Origin: Promethearchaeota archaeon
GTDB lineage: Archaea; Asgardarchaeota; Lokiarchaeia; Sigyniarchaeales; SOKP01
NCBI GenBank assembly: GCA_016930515.1
Contig: JAFGGO010000106.1
Location: 1-50,434 of the forward strand
Direction: 5' to 3'
Length of the DNA: 50,434 bases
The notes under the pieces are model-generated. The model saw only the letters and a list, made by a program, of their open reading frames with translations. It was not told the origin of the DNA and did no database searches. This document shows, one piece after another, positions 8,743 to 18,413 of the stretch. Position 1 is the stretch's first letter; each line of letters starts with the position of its first letter. A program made the translations under genes and the position numbers.

Positions 8743-9183
8743 TTACTCCTTTTTTACGATTTGCATGCCCCTAACACCAGATTTTTTGCGATGTCTCCAG
8801 CCCTTAAAACTCTTCATTCGCTTCATCATATCGATATCGCATTTTGTGGTAATATCTAATTGGTTGCCTATATAGTGATCGTTCCATCCATTCTTAAAAT
8901 CATATTTTCTATTAAGCATCTCGACAGGAACGCCGTGCATTTCAGGATTCAAGGCTATCTCTTCGATTCGATCAAGATCGATTTGTTCAAGCGCCCCAAT
9001 TCGAATATTAGGATCTATTTTAGCAATCATAATTATCAGTTGAGCATATTTTTTGCCAATACCCCTGATTTGAGTTAAGGCGCGCTCTACTTTTGAGCTT
9101 CCGTCTACTTGAGATCGAAGCTTTCGGAAAAATACTTTTTCTCGGTAATTATCAGGTCTAATTGCTGGTATAGTATCATCCAT
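8743..9183 (-). CDS. rps13: Second, divergent uS13 paralog lacking the C-terminal tail
   Basis: N-terminal ~40 aa nearly identical to 8148..8633; colinear up to VRG, then ends MQIVKKE. Confidence 0.85.
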   Translation of the reverse strand: MDDTIPAIRPDNYREKVFFRKLRSQVDGSSKVERALTQIRGIGKKYAQLIIMIAKIDPNIRIGALEQIDLDRIEEIALNPEMHGVPVEMLNRKYDFKNGWNDHYIGNQLDITTKCDIDMMKRMKSFKGWRHRKKSGVRGMQIVKKE

Positions 9184-9369
9184 TTTCGAAACCTCTTGAT
9201 AATTATAATCACTAAGGATTAATATTGATATTCATTGTGAGTATTAAAGCTTAAATGATGACAAAATCCTAGACTTTACTGAATGAAAGTTAAAAAATTC
9301 AAATAGTATCGCATGTAATCTTATTATATCACAAGAAGATTAACCCAATAAAAAGGATTTTTTGAAAAC

Positions 9370-10656
9370 ATGCTTGACATCGAATTGTTCCGAACGAACC
9401 TTGAAAAAATAATAGGATCGGAAAAAAAAAGGTTTAAAGATCCAATAAACGCGGAAAAGACGCTGGAATACGATACAAAATGGAGAAATACCATAACGGA
9501 ATTACAAAAATTAAGGCAAAAAAGAAACGAAATAAACAATCAAATTAATAACTATAAGAAAAGCAAGGAAAATGCGAAAGCTGAAGAAGCAATAAAAACA
9601 TCCAAGGAATTAAAAGACCAGATTGAAGTTTTAGAAAGAAATGAGAAAGAATTCCTTGAAAAGAGAGATGATTTTCGCTACAAGGTAGGGAACATCATAC
9701 ACGAATCCGTACCGATCGCCGAGACCGAGGAAGGAAACAAGGTGGAAAGAACGGGGGGACAGCACCCAAAGTTCTCATTTACTCCTTTAAATCACGTTGA
9801 CCTCGTAGAAACGGGTTTTGCTGACACGAAAAAGGCCGCAGAGATCGCAGGTTCGAGGTTTTACTACCTTCGGGGCGATTTGGTCATGCTCAATCTTGCG
9901 CTCTTGAAATTTGCATTGGATATTTTAGAGAAGAAAGGATTCGTTCCCATGTGGACCCCATTTTTCGTAAAACACGAAGTAATCAAGGCAGCAGCCGAGT
10001 TAGCGGATTTTGAAGATACTCTCTATAAGATACAAGATGAAGATCTTTACATGATTGCAACTTCGGAACAAACGATTGCGGCGTTCCATTACAACGAAAT
10101 CTTGGATCCCGAATCGCTTCCATTCAAATACGCGGGTGTGTCGTCGTGCTTTAGGAGAGAGGCGGGTTCGCACGGTAAGGATACCTTGGGAATTTTTAGA
10201 ATTCACCAGTTCGAAAAGATCGAGCAATTCATCTTTTGCAAGCCAGAAGAATCGTGGCAATTTCACGAAGAACTCATTTCAAACGCCGAAGAGATATACA
10301 AGCAATTAGAGCTCCCCTATAGGATAGTTAACATTGCGTCCGGTGATCTTAACGACAACGCCGCAAAGAAATACGACCTTGAAGCGTGGTTTCCAGCCTC
10401 TAATACTTATCGAGAGCTCGTATCGTGTAGTAATTGCCTTGATTATCAGGCTCGAAAGCTCAAAATAAGGATGGGAAAGGTCGGGGGAGCAACGGAAAAA
10501 CAAACGGTTCACACGCTAAACTCGACGGCCATTGCTACGGAAAGGACGATTTGTTGCATTTTAGAAAATTACCAAAACGATGACCAGACCGTCAGGGTAC
10601 CAAAAGCGCTTCAAAAATATATGAACGGCAAAAAGATTATAAACCCCGTTAAATGA
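9370..10656 (+). CDS. serS: Serine--tRNA ligase
   Basis: N-terminal coiled coil; ATSEQ, CFRREAG, RIHQFEKIEQF, ELVSCSNC, HTLNSTAIATER. Confidence 0.98.
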   Translation: MLDIELFRTNLEKIIGSEKKRFKDPINAEKTLEYDTKWRNTITELQKLRQKRNEINNQINNYKKSKENAKAEEAIKTSKELKDQIEVLERNEKEFLEKRDDFRYKVGNIIHESVPIAETEEGNKVERTGGQHPKFSFTPLNHVDLVETGFADTKKAAEIAGSRFYYLRGDLVMLNLALLKFALDILEKKGFVPMWTPFFVKHEVIKAAAELADFEDTLYKIQDEDLYMIATSEQTIAAFHYNEILDPESLPFKYAGVSSCFRREAGSHGKDTLGIFRIHQFEKIEQFIFCKPEESWQFHEELISNAEEIYKQLELPYRIVNIASGDLNDNAAKKYDLEAWFPASNTYRELVSCSNCLDYQARKLKIRMGKVGGATEKQTVHTLNSTAIATERTICCILENYQNDDQTVRVPKALQKYMNGKKIINPVK

Positions 10657-10689
10657 TCAAATATATTAAAAGAAGACAAGACCAAGAGG

Positions 10690-11931
10690 ATGAATATGGG
10701 AGAAGTATTATTGGAGGAATTTGAAGAATATTACAACAATAAAATCGATTTAAAATATTCTAAGATTAAAAAAGCTGTAAAAAAGCTCATGATCGATATT
10801 GAAACGAACTTGGTCGAAATTAAAAATAGCGTCGACCGTTTTCAAGAGGCTGCTGGGGATATCGGAGAAAAGGCCACGCGATCTCTGAATTTCTTCACGG
10901 ATAGGATTAACAAGCAGCTCGACGAGATAGAAATTCCCGATGATAATCAAATTACTCATGAAAACCTCACAAAATTATCAAACGAGGTAAAAAAACTATT
11001 CACGGTAATCAACGAGATCGCGCGAAAAGCACTCCCAAAGTTTCACAAGGAAGTTCAACCTCAGATAAAAGAGCTTAATTACTTAACTCGCAAGCTCCAA
11101 AAGCGACTTGCAATATTCAACCAATTTTTGAAGAAAAAATACGGGGACTTGAAAAGCGCAGAAGAGCTCGTAAAAAAAAAACTTCCAAAGTTTTTCACGC
11201 TTAAGGATAACATTGAAAATGTAAAAATGGATTTAACCAATTTTGAAAACGAATTCGAAGAGCGTAAAAACACTCAATCAGAGTTAACTGCTGAACTCAT
11301 GAAACTTGAAAAAAGCGATTTATTTAAAGAACTTGAAAAATTAAGAGACGAATTATTCAAACACAAGATTAAAGTTAACGACGAGCTTGGATTTAAAAAA
11401 GCTCTTAAGAAACTGAAAGTTGAACTGGAGAAAAATTCTTCACTCGTCCCTGGACTCGATATTAACTACCTGAAGGAGTTTCTAAAAAATCCCATTCAAA
11501 CTTTATCGAACGATACTTCAAACATGCAAAATTTTTCGGAACTCATGGTAAAACTGCGACACGCATTGGAAGAGAACAAGCTTAACTTAAAAGCCGATAA
11601 AAAGGAAAAAACCATCGAACACATCAACAAGATATTTGATGAAAAACAACTTTACAAGGACATAGATAAGATCAAGGATTTAAAATCTAAAATCGCAGAA
11701 ATGGAGAAAAAAATTAGCGAAGCGGGTATTTCAAGCAAGTTAGAAGAAGTTAAAAATCAGATTTCTATTAATACCGTAAAACTCGAACACCTTGAAAACG
11801 ACCTTGAGAAAAAAAACAGCGATTTCACGAGATATCTCAATGTTTTAAAAAAAGAAAGAGAAGACTTCCATGATTTACTGAGTCAAGAAATAGGCGAAGA
11901 TGTAAGGATAAAAATAGAATTTACATTTTAA
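10690..11931 (+). CDS. Hypothetical long coiled-coil protein
   Basis: 413-aa ORF rich in E/K/L heptads; no catalytic motif recognised. Confidence 0.7.
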   Translation: MNMGEVLLEEFEEYYNNKIDLKYSKIKKAVKKLMIDIETNLVEIKNSVDRFQEAAGDIGEKATRSLNFFTDRINKQLDEIEIPDDNQITHENLTKLSNEVKKLFTVINEIARKALPKFHKEVQPQIKELNYLTRKLQKRLAIFNQFLKKKYGDLKSAEELVKKKLPKFFTLKDNIENVKMDLTNFENEFEERKNTQSELTAELMKLEKSDLFKELEKLRDELFKHKIKVNDELGFKKALKKLKVELEKNSSLVPGLDINYLKEFLKNPIQTLSNDTSNMQNFSELMVKLRHALEENKLNLKADKKEKTIEHINKIFDEKQLYKDIDKIKDLKSKIAEMEKKISEAGISSKLEEVKNQISINTVKLEHLENDLEKKNSDFTRYLNVLKKEREDFHDLLSQEIGEDVRIKIEFTF

Positions 11932-12662
11932 TCGTACTTTTTAGTGACTTGGAATTTTCGATTATTGCTTCCATTTATTTTTTGTAAGGACGAATTAAGG
12001 TTATTTTTTAGAAATAAGTAAGTCTTTTTCTCTTTCAAATTAAACATTTTTAGATATTCATATGCCATCAACAGGTCAGATTCAATATCGACATCAAAAC
12101 TAGCTCTGAAAGAATCGTAAATCGCCACGTCTTCAATTCCTTTTTTTTTTGCTTCAGTTAACAAGGACTTCAAGGAAGTCGTATTAGGAGAACAAAAAGT
12201 AGGTTCTATAATATTCGGAGGGACCCTACCCAAGACAGAGATTCCCATGGATTGAATTGCAGGGCACACGACCATCCTGTTTTTATTCATTAACTTTAGT
12301 ATATCGTAGAAATTTCTCTTTGAGATTAAAACTAAATCAAGGAAGGCAATGAGAGTGGCGCGTGCGTCTAATTCAGTTATCGCGATTTGGTTCATGGTTT
12401 TGATAATTTCGTCGAAGGATCTTTGGTGATTTTTCTTATCTTCTTTAAACCCTACACACCCAAAATTTTCAGCAAGATCAAGTGTTTCTTGATCCTGACC
12501 AAAGACAACAATTTCTTTAAATTTATTTACTTCAGTAAGCGTAATAAGCATGTCTTCTAACATTGCAAGCGTTAGATTTATTAAATTTTCACGAGATAAG
12601 CAATTTTCTAACCGAGATTTCGATCTCGAGAGTGGTGCCACGGGTATTAATACGATCGTCAT
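11928..12662 (-). CDS. cofC: CofC/FbiD-like guanylyltransferase (F420 biosynthesis)
   Basis: LIPVAPLSRSKSRL...LAMLEDML...DL.LI...FDVDIESDL. Confidence 0.75.
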   Translation of the reverse strand: MTIVLIPVAPLSRSKSRLENCLSRENLINLTLAMLEDMLITLTEVNKFKEIVVFGQDQETLDLAENFGCVGFKEDKKNHQRSFDEIIKTMNQIAITELDARATLIAFLDLVLISKRNFYDILKLMNKNRMVVCPAIQSMGISVLGRVPPNIIEPTFCSPNTTSLKSLLTEAKKKGIEDVAIYDSFRASFDVDIESDLLMAYEYLKMFNLKEKKTYLFLKNNLNSSLQKINGSNNRKFQVTKKYD

Positions 12663-12768
12663 TTTTAGAAAATCACTTAAGAAAACAAAGAGAATGCAAA
12701 ATTGTTAATCTGTATTAATGTGTTTAATATTTGAAGGTTTTTATCAATTGCTTTAAAAAAGAGAAAAA

Positions 12769-13326
12769 CTATTTCATGTTGTTTATGATTTTTATGGCTA
12801 ATCGTCTAAAAGCCTCATCAACATTCTTGTTTAATTTTGCCGATGTTTCAAAGTATTCAACACCAATACTCTCGACTTTCTTTTTAATCACATCGTCATC
12901 AATGACTTTAGGAAGGTCGGATTTGTTTCCAACTATGAGGAAGGGAACGTCACCACTCAATTCTTTTAGTTTAGAAATCCAAAAATCTAGACTTTCGAAA
13001 GATTTCTTTGAATCGAGATTGAATACAACAAGGGCTCCAACTGCTTGGAAAAAGTAGTATTCGTTTGCAAATAACTTATCTTTTTGTCCTCCAAGATCCC
13101 ATAAATATAACTTTAAGCCCTTACCTTTTATAGATTCTTTAAGATCTTGATCCTCTAGCTCGATTTCGTCAATCATGCTATTGAGATCTATTTCTTTAAT
13201 CAAAAAATTAGCCCCAATCGTTTGAATGTATTCTTCTTCAAATTGATTGTCAACATAACGAGCGAGGAGACTTGTTTTACCCGCTCCTGCCGAGCCGCAT
13301 AAAATTACCTTACCTCGAAAGCTCAT
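12769..13326 (-). CDS. Rab-like small GTPase
   Basis: G1 GSAGAGKT, G2 TIG, G3 WDLGGQ, G4 NKSD, G5 ETSAK. Confidence 0.95.
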   Translation of the reverse strand: MSFRGKVILCGSAGAGKTSLLARYVDNQFEEEYIQTIGANFLIKEIDLNSMIDEIELEDQDLKESIKGKGLKLYLWDLGGQKDKLFANEYYFFQAVGALVVFNLDSKKSFESLDFWISKLKELSGDVPFLIVGNKSDLPKVIDDDVIKKKVESIGVEYFETSAKLNKNVDEAFRRLAIKIINNMK

Positions 13327-13411
13327 GGTTTCAATTCACCAATTTTTGTCGCTTAATATATAAAAATTATATTTGCTTTAATTATTTTTTTTAATTACCT
13401 TAATTTATTAT

Positions 13412-14260
13412 TCAAGTTTCATTTGAGGATTTTTTTACCGTTTTAGTCGTGAGAGCTATTAGCTTGCATTGGGAATTTATAAAATGTCTAAACAAGTGCT
13501 CGTATCCAATGACTTGTTTGTCCTTTCCGTGTTCAAGCCATAACCCCGATGTGTATTCTGGTGCCTCTATAATTTGGTCTAAAGTTGTTAACAAAAAGTC
13601 GTTATCAGCGATTAACAATCCAAAAGGGATGACCGAAGCTCCTTCTATTGAATGAATTATAATATTTATTTTTAATAATTTCTTGATTTCTTCTTTTAAT
13701 ACATCGTGATACTTCAACGCAATGACTATCTGGATGTTTTCGTTCGAGAATTTTTTGTTCCACAATTCCTTAAATATCCAATCGGAACTACCTTTCGATA
13801 ATTCTTCCATTAATAGATCTGGAGTAACAACAAAAAAAATTCGTTTTTCAGCATCACTTATTAATTCCTTTATTTTTTTTCTTATTTTCTCTCTTGAGCT
13901 AATCGCCCAAACTCTAGGTTCCGATTCTTCATCATCAATTTTTAAATCAGAAATCATTTTTTCTAAGTCCATCGTATCGGATATTTTGCGTTTATAGTCT
14001 TCTCGGATTGATTTGAATATCCTTTCGACTGGTATAACTTGGTAATTTGCTCCTCTCTTAACGGGCTCTTTTTGGATGAATCCTTTTTCTATTAGTCGGT
14101 TTAAGGAATCATATACTCGAGCACGATCCACGCCAGAGTTACGAGCAATATCTGCGGGGCTTAATATTTTATACTTACATAAAGTTAGCAAAACTTTCGA
14201 GTCGTTTTTAGTAAAACCCAATTCTTGAAGAGAGTCTTCTATTTCTGATTCGGTCATCAT
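13412..14260 (-). CDS. TrmB-family transcriptional regulator
   Basis: LQELGFT...SPADIARNSGVDRARVYDSLNRLIEKGFI wHTH, followed by an effector domain. Confidence 0.9.
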   Translation of the reverse strand: MMTESEIEDSLQELGFTKNDSKVLLTLCKYKILSPADIARNSGVDRARVYDSLNRLIEKGFIQKEPVKRGANYQVIPVERIFKSIREDYKRKISDTMDLEKMISDLKIDDEESEPRVWAISSREKIRKKIKELISDAEKRIFFVVTPDLLMEELSKGSSDWIFKELWNKKFSNENIQIVIALKYHDVLKEEIKKLLKINIIIHSIEGASVIPFGLLIADNDFLLTTLDQIIEAPEYTSGLWLEHGKDKQVIGYEHLFRHFINSQCKLIALTTKTVKKSSNET

Positions 14261-14659
14261 GCTAATATTTTCGTAAAATTATTTCTGTTAAAAATGAACT
14301 AATATGCTAATCTTAAAAATCCTATTTAATTTTTTATTTTCTAAAATAAAATTAATATTTTTGTTCAAGGGTGTTATTAGCATCTTTTGTAGATTTAATA
14401 GCAATAGAAGCTTTTGGTGTGGTTTCTAACTGATGATTAGAATTCGTTCTCAACCTTAACGATATAACCAAGATTATGATCAAGGTATCAATTTATCAAG
14501 GGATTTCTGACTCAAAATTTTTATTTATTTATTAATAAAACTAAAGGGAACAATTGAAAAAACTAGCGTTCAAGGGAAATAAAAATTATCGCGAAAAATT
14601 TTGTCGGTACGATAAAATTATCGAATTCATTTTCACTCAACCAAAAAGCTATCATGAAA

Positions 14660-14698
14660 ATTCCGAAACGGGTCATTCCGAAACATAATATTTATATA
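14660..14698 (+). promoter_or_regulatory. Histone promoter: direct repeat ATTCCGAAAC x2 followed by a TATA box
   Basis: Repeats at 14660-14669 and 14675-14684; TTTATATA at 14691-14698. Confidence 0.5.
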
Positions 14699-14775
14699 AT
14701 AGAATGGTTAAGTAATAATTAACAACTAATATTAAATTACAAAAAATTTTTAAAAAATTAGTGGAGGAAATTATT

Positions 14776-15054
14776 ATGGCTAAAAAACCAGCAGCAAAAC
14801 CAAAACCAGCGGCAAAAAAGAAACCAGCAGCACCTAAGGCTAAGAAAGCTGATGCAGGATATATAGCAAAAGCACCTATCCGAAGATTAATGAAGAAAGA
14901 GGGCGCTGATTTGGTAGCAGCCGAAGCATTAGACAAATTGATTGCGTTCTTAGAAACTTCTGCATCCAACGCAACAAAAGAAGCAATCAAAATCTGCAAG
15001 GCTGACAAGAGAAAAAGAGTCACCGCTCAAGACATTCGAGCAGCTACGAGATAA
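14776..15054 (+). CDS. Archaeal histone with Lys/Ala/Pro-rich N-terminal tail
   Basis: Histone fold IAKAPIRRLMK...RKRVTAQDI. ATG 14776 is preceded by GGAGG; a poly-T run follows the stop. Confidence 0.92.
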   Translation: MAKKPAAKPKPAAKKKPAAPKAKKADAGYIAKAPIRRLMKKEGADLVAAEALDKLIAFLETSASNATKEAIKICKADKRKRVTAQDIRAATR

Positions 15055-15111
15055 GTGCTCATTGTCATACAAGTTAAGTTTTTTTTTCTTATTTTTTCAT
15101 TTTATAATTTT

Positions 15112-15633
15112 CTACTTCATTTTAGCAAAAAAATCATTGTTCAAGTATTTTTGAATATTGCTACTAATTTTTGTTTTTACATCTTCTAAACCTTCAACCA
15201 CTACTCTCGTTTTACCCACGATATCAATGAATCCAAGCTCACTACCATATCGAGGGACGATATGAAAATGAATGTGTTCGATACTTCCGCCCGCTTGACG
15301 ACCTTGGTTCATTCCGATGTTATAACCTTTAGGTTCGTACAGATCGTCAATCATTAACTGCAAACCTTGTATCATCCTTGAAATATGAATTAATTCCTCT
15401 CTTGTAAGGTCAATGTATCTTAGCACATGTCGTACAGGTACGACCATAATGTGAGCGGGATTATAAGGATAAAGATTTAAGAGTACAAAAGCTATATTAT
15501 CTTGATAAACTTTCAAGGAAACGACCCTATCATCGTCGTCCCGGACAGAGCATAAGATACACTCTACCTTCGGCCTGTTTTTACCTTGAGCATATTCAAG
15601 TTTTCCAAGCGCTCTTAACCAATTTTCAAACAT
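15112..15633 (-). CDS. HIT-family nucleotide hydrolase
   Basis: CILC, LNLYPYNPAH, GYNIGMNQG..AG.SI.HIHFHIVPR. Confidence 0.93.
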   Translation of the reverse strand: MFENWLRALGKLEYAQGKNRPKVECILCSVRDDDDRVVSLKVYQDNIAFVLLNLYPYNPAHIMVVPVRHVLRYIDLTREELIHISRMIQGLQLMIDDLYEPKGYNIGMNQGRQAGGSIEHIHFHIVPRYGSELGFIDIVGKTRVVVEGLEDVKTKISSNIQKYLNNDFFAKMK

Positions 15634-15650
15634 GATTTTCTATGATCCAC

Positions 15651-16199
15651 TTAGCTATAAAGTGAAAAATCCGTACTAGGTTCAAAATTTTTTGGTTCAT
15701 AAAAATCGTTTAATTCCATTTTTTCCGAACAATACTCACTTAACAAGATATCTCCATACATTGCACAATTAAACACGCGTCGAATACTTTTATATAACGA
15801 ATTCTTTGAAATAATACCATCATTTTTCAAGAATATCTGGTCCACGATCTCGTATCTTGCGTTTGGCATGTCAATTCGAAAAAATACATCTTTTTGAACG
15901 AAATGTTTTTTTAATTCTAAGAAAAACTGCTTTTCTTCGTCCAAAGATCCCAATAACTTAGCCTGCTCGGAATTAATCTGAGTTCCAATCGATATCATTA
16001 CACAATCCTTCTTTTTGGGTTGAAATACATGCATCATGTGACCTTTTTCAATTCCAGGAGGGAAGGAAAACATGAAACCAAATTCTAGTTTTTCGTTAGA
16101 AATTTCGTTTCTAAGAATTTCCTCCTCATCAAGATATGTTCGGATAAACATTTCAATCGGATTCTTATTTTTCAACATTTTAATCGTTAATATAAACAA
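15651..16199 (-). CDS. Conserved archaeal protein (DUF2299-like)
   Basis: YLDEE, F.F.FPP, HVFQPK pattern; the true start may be a downstream Met. Confidence 0.55.
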   Translation of the reverse strand: MFILTIKMLKNKNPIEMFIRTYLDEEEILRNEISNEKLEFGFMFSFPPGIEKGHMMHVFQPKKKDCVMISIGTQINSEQAKLLGSLDEEKQFFLELKKHFVQKDVFFRIDMPNARYEIVDQIFLKNDGIISKNSLYKSIRRVFNCAMYGDILLSEYCSEKMELNDFYEPKNFEPSTDFSLYS

Positions 16200-16254
16200 T
16201 ATTTGAAATTACTTTATGATTTAGATCACACATTATATTAACTAGACCATAGAA

Positions 16255-16620
16255 TTAATACTTGCCCCGAGGTCTTACTTGAGGCTCAACACCTGCATCT
16301 TGCAGTTTTTTTGTGTTTTCTTCGAGTTCTTCTCTTGAGGAACAGAAAATAACCTTTAAATTAGCAACATCAACAAAAAGCGTTCCCACGATACCTAATC
16401 CCATGAGCTTGTTGTCCTTTCCTATAAATGTGTTATCAATACCCATCTTTATGGCTTGATTTCCGTCGTCTAATTCTACTAATTGGGGTTGACACGCAGT
16501 ATAACCAGGACCTATATGCTGGAGCAAGTAATTCATCAAGGCGTAGTCTAATTCATCGTTTATTTCTCCTTTTTGTTGGAGAATCTTTATAACTTTGGGT
16601 ACAGTGGTGTTAAGAGACAT
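16255..16620 (-). CDS. Hypothetical protein
   Basis: 121-aa ORF within a co-directional gene run. Confidence 0.65.
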   Translation of the reverse strand: MSLNTTVPKVIKILQQKGEINDELDYALMNYLLQHIGPGYTACQPQLVELDDGNQAIKMGIDNTFIGKDNKLMGLGIVGTLFVDVANLKVIFCSSREELEENTKKLQDAGVEPQVRPRGKY

Positions 16621-16657
16621 TTTAATTCTTTTCCTTTTTCCACATTTTTATAAAAAA

Positions 16658-16915
16658 TCATTTCCAGTTCTCAATGGTTACCTTATCGACGCTATGTAAT
16701 GCGCAATTATTCGCTTCTAATGTTTTCGTGATTTCCTCGATTGAAATGTTACCAGAACCTGCAATAATTATGGTAATGGATGTGGTCTTTTGATCGATTT
16801 CTTCAACCTTGATTTCAACGGCCTTAACCCCCGTAAGCGCTTCTAAAGTTCTCGCTAATTGGTCTATACTGGGTTGGTGTGGTTTTAGCACATCAAGAGT
16901 ATATTCAATTTTCAT
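16658..16915 (-). CDS. DUF211-family protein
   Basis: LDVLKPHQP...LHSVDKV signature; likely start MKIEY at 16915. Confidence 0.85.
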   Translation of the reverse strand: MKIEYTLDVLKPHQPSIDQLARTLEALTGVKAVEIKVEEIDQKTTSITIIIAGSGNISIEEITKTLEANNCALHSVDKVTIENWK

Positions 16916-16988
16916 TTTAATCTTATATTGTGCGGTAAAGTGATTTTTTTGATATATCATTAATAGTCATTAAAATATTAAAACATTG

Positions 16989-17681
16989 TTAATACCAAAG
17001 AAGATTTTCGATGGTCTTTATGAGCTCGTTCGGGATCTCGTCCTCATCTATAACGATTTCAGCAATTTCAAGAGTTACTCTACTTGCCAATCGAGAATTA
17101 ATACCTATAGAATGCGCTCCAATATTTAGAGCTCCTTCTATATCTCTACGGTGATCTCCTATCACCACAACTTGGTTAGGTAAAACTTTTAGATTTTCAC
17201 ATATGAAAGTTAAATGATCGGGATGCGGCTTCGGGTTCTTTATGGTATCTCTACCGGCTATCAGGTCGAAGTATTGTAATAAATTAACCTTTTCGAGAGA
17301 TAATTGGGCATTTATACTGTGATTATAGGTGTAAATAGCCTGCTTAAGACCCTTTTTTTTATTAAATTCAAGAACTTCTTGAATACCATTAATTGCTGAT
17401 GCGTTTAGAGCAGCCTCTCTTTCAATGCTCACAACAATATCCTCAATTTCGGCAACAATTTCCTCAATTTTTGATTTTTTAAATCCATTCGATTTAAAAA
17501 TTTTTCTTGCGCTTTTTACCGTGTCGATGATGTTATTATCTAGTGAAAGTAATTTCTTGGCGATTCCGTTTTGTTCTAATATTTCAAAAGCCTTTTGTCG
17601 CGCTTTTATAAAATCGATTTTAAAATGGATGATGGTCCCATCCAAGTCCCAAGCAACGGCCTTTATGATGTTTTTTTCCAA
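16989..17681 (-). CDS. HAD-family hydrolase (phosphoglycolate phosphatase-like)
   Basis: DLDGT, KPHPD, IGDH..DI. Confidence 0.9.
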   Translation of the reverse strand: MEKNIIKAVAWDLDGTIIHFKIDFIKARQKAFEILEQNGIAKKLLSLDNNIIDTVKSARKIFKSNGFKKSKIEEIVAEIEDIVVSIEREAALNASAINGIQEVLEFNKKKGLKQAIYTYNHSINAQLSLEKVNLLQYFDLIAGRDTIKNPKPHPDHLTFICENLKVLPNQVVVIGDHRRDIEGALNIGAHSIGINSRLASRVTLEIAEIVIDEDEIPNELIKTIENLLWY

Positions 17682-18257
17682 TTAAAACACCAAGTCAGTG
17701 TATATTGGTCCTTGTGGGGTTAATTCGGACTTCTTAAGCGCCATTTTGCTCATTGTAATAACTCCAAATTCGGTTTCCTTGTATTCTTCAAGCAAGTTTT
17801 TAAAAGCATTTAGATTCTTATAGTCGATCTTATCCTTTTTAAGCCTTGCTATGGTAAGATGTGGTTTAAAAGATGCTCTTGTGTCCTTTGGTGTCTTTAG
17901 TTCATTGTATAGAGCATCTTCAAGATTTTTTTTAATATCTTGAAGAAATTTAACATCTCCCAAAAGTTTAACCCATATAACGGAGTATTTATTAAATTGT
18001 CCAATTCCCTTGAGATGGAATTGAACGGATTTCTTATTGAAAACTTTCTCGTTTACTCTCTCAACGACTTGATATATCAATGGAGCTTCAGATTCAGCAA
18101 CATTCCCTAAAAATTTGACCGTTAAATGAAGATTTTTAGGTTCGACTACTTTTAATTTTTTTTGGTTTTTTTTCAAGCGATCGGTAACGCTAGAAATGAG
18201 TTCGAGAGAATTTTCGTTGTTTAATTCAATTGCGATAAAAGTCCTTATCATTATCAT
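17682..18257 (-). CDS. thpR: RNA 2',3'-cyclic phosphodiesterase (2H family, ThpR/LigT)
   Basis: RTFIAI, HLTVKFLG, FKPHLTIAR, SELTPQGPIY. Confidence 0.93.
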   Translation of the reverse strand: MIMIRTFIAIELNNENSLELISSVTDRLKKNQKKLKVVEPKNLHLTVKFLGNVAESEAPLIYQVVERVNEKVFNKKSVQFHLKGIGQFNKYSVIWVKLLGDVKFLQDIKKNLEDALYNELKTPKDTRASFKPHLTIARLKKDKIDYKNLNAFKNLLEEYKETEFGVITMSKMALKKSELTPQGPIYTDLVF

Positions 18258-18413
18258 GTATTTTTTAATTTGATTAAAACTATCTAAAAAATAAACATTA
18301 AGCTTGAGTAAAATAAGATAGTATTTTTTAAAGCATTTTTCTTGTATGGATTTTAAATCCAGATTTATCGATAGACGAAATTTTGTTGAATCGCTTTATA
18401 TATAATTATCGAA

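Noticed and set aside
14261-14775. Replication origin in the long intergenic regions
   Set aside because: No ORB-like repeats (TCCA..GAAAC with G-string) recognised, and no adjacent orc1/cdc6
14673-15023. Hydrophobic antisense ORF opposite the histone
   Set aside because: Mirror translation of the Lys/Ala repeat codons
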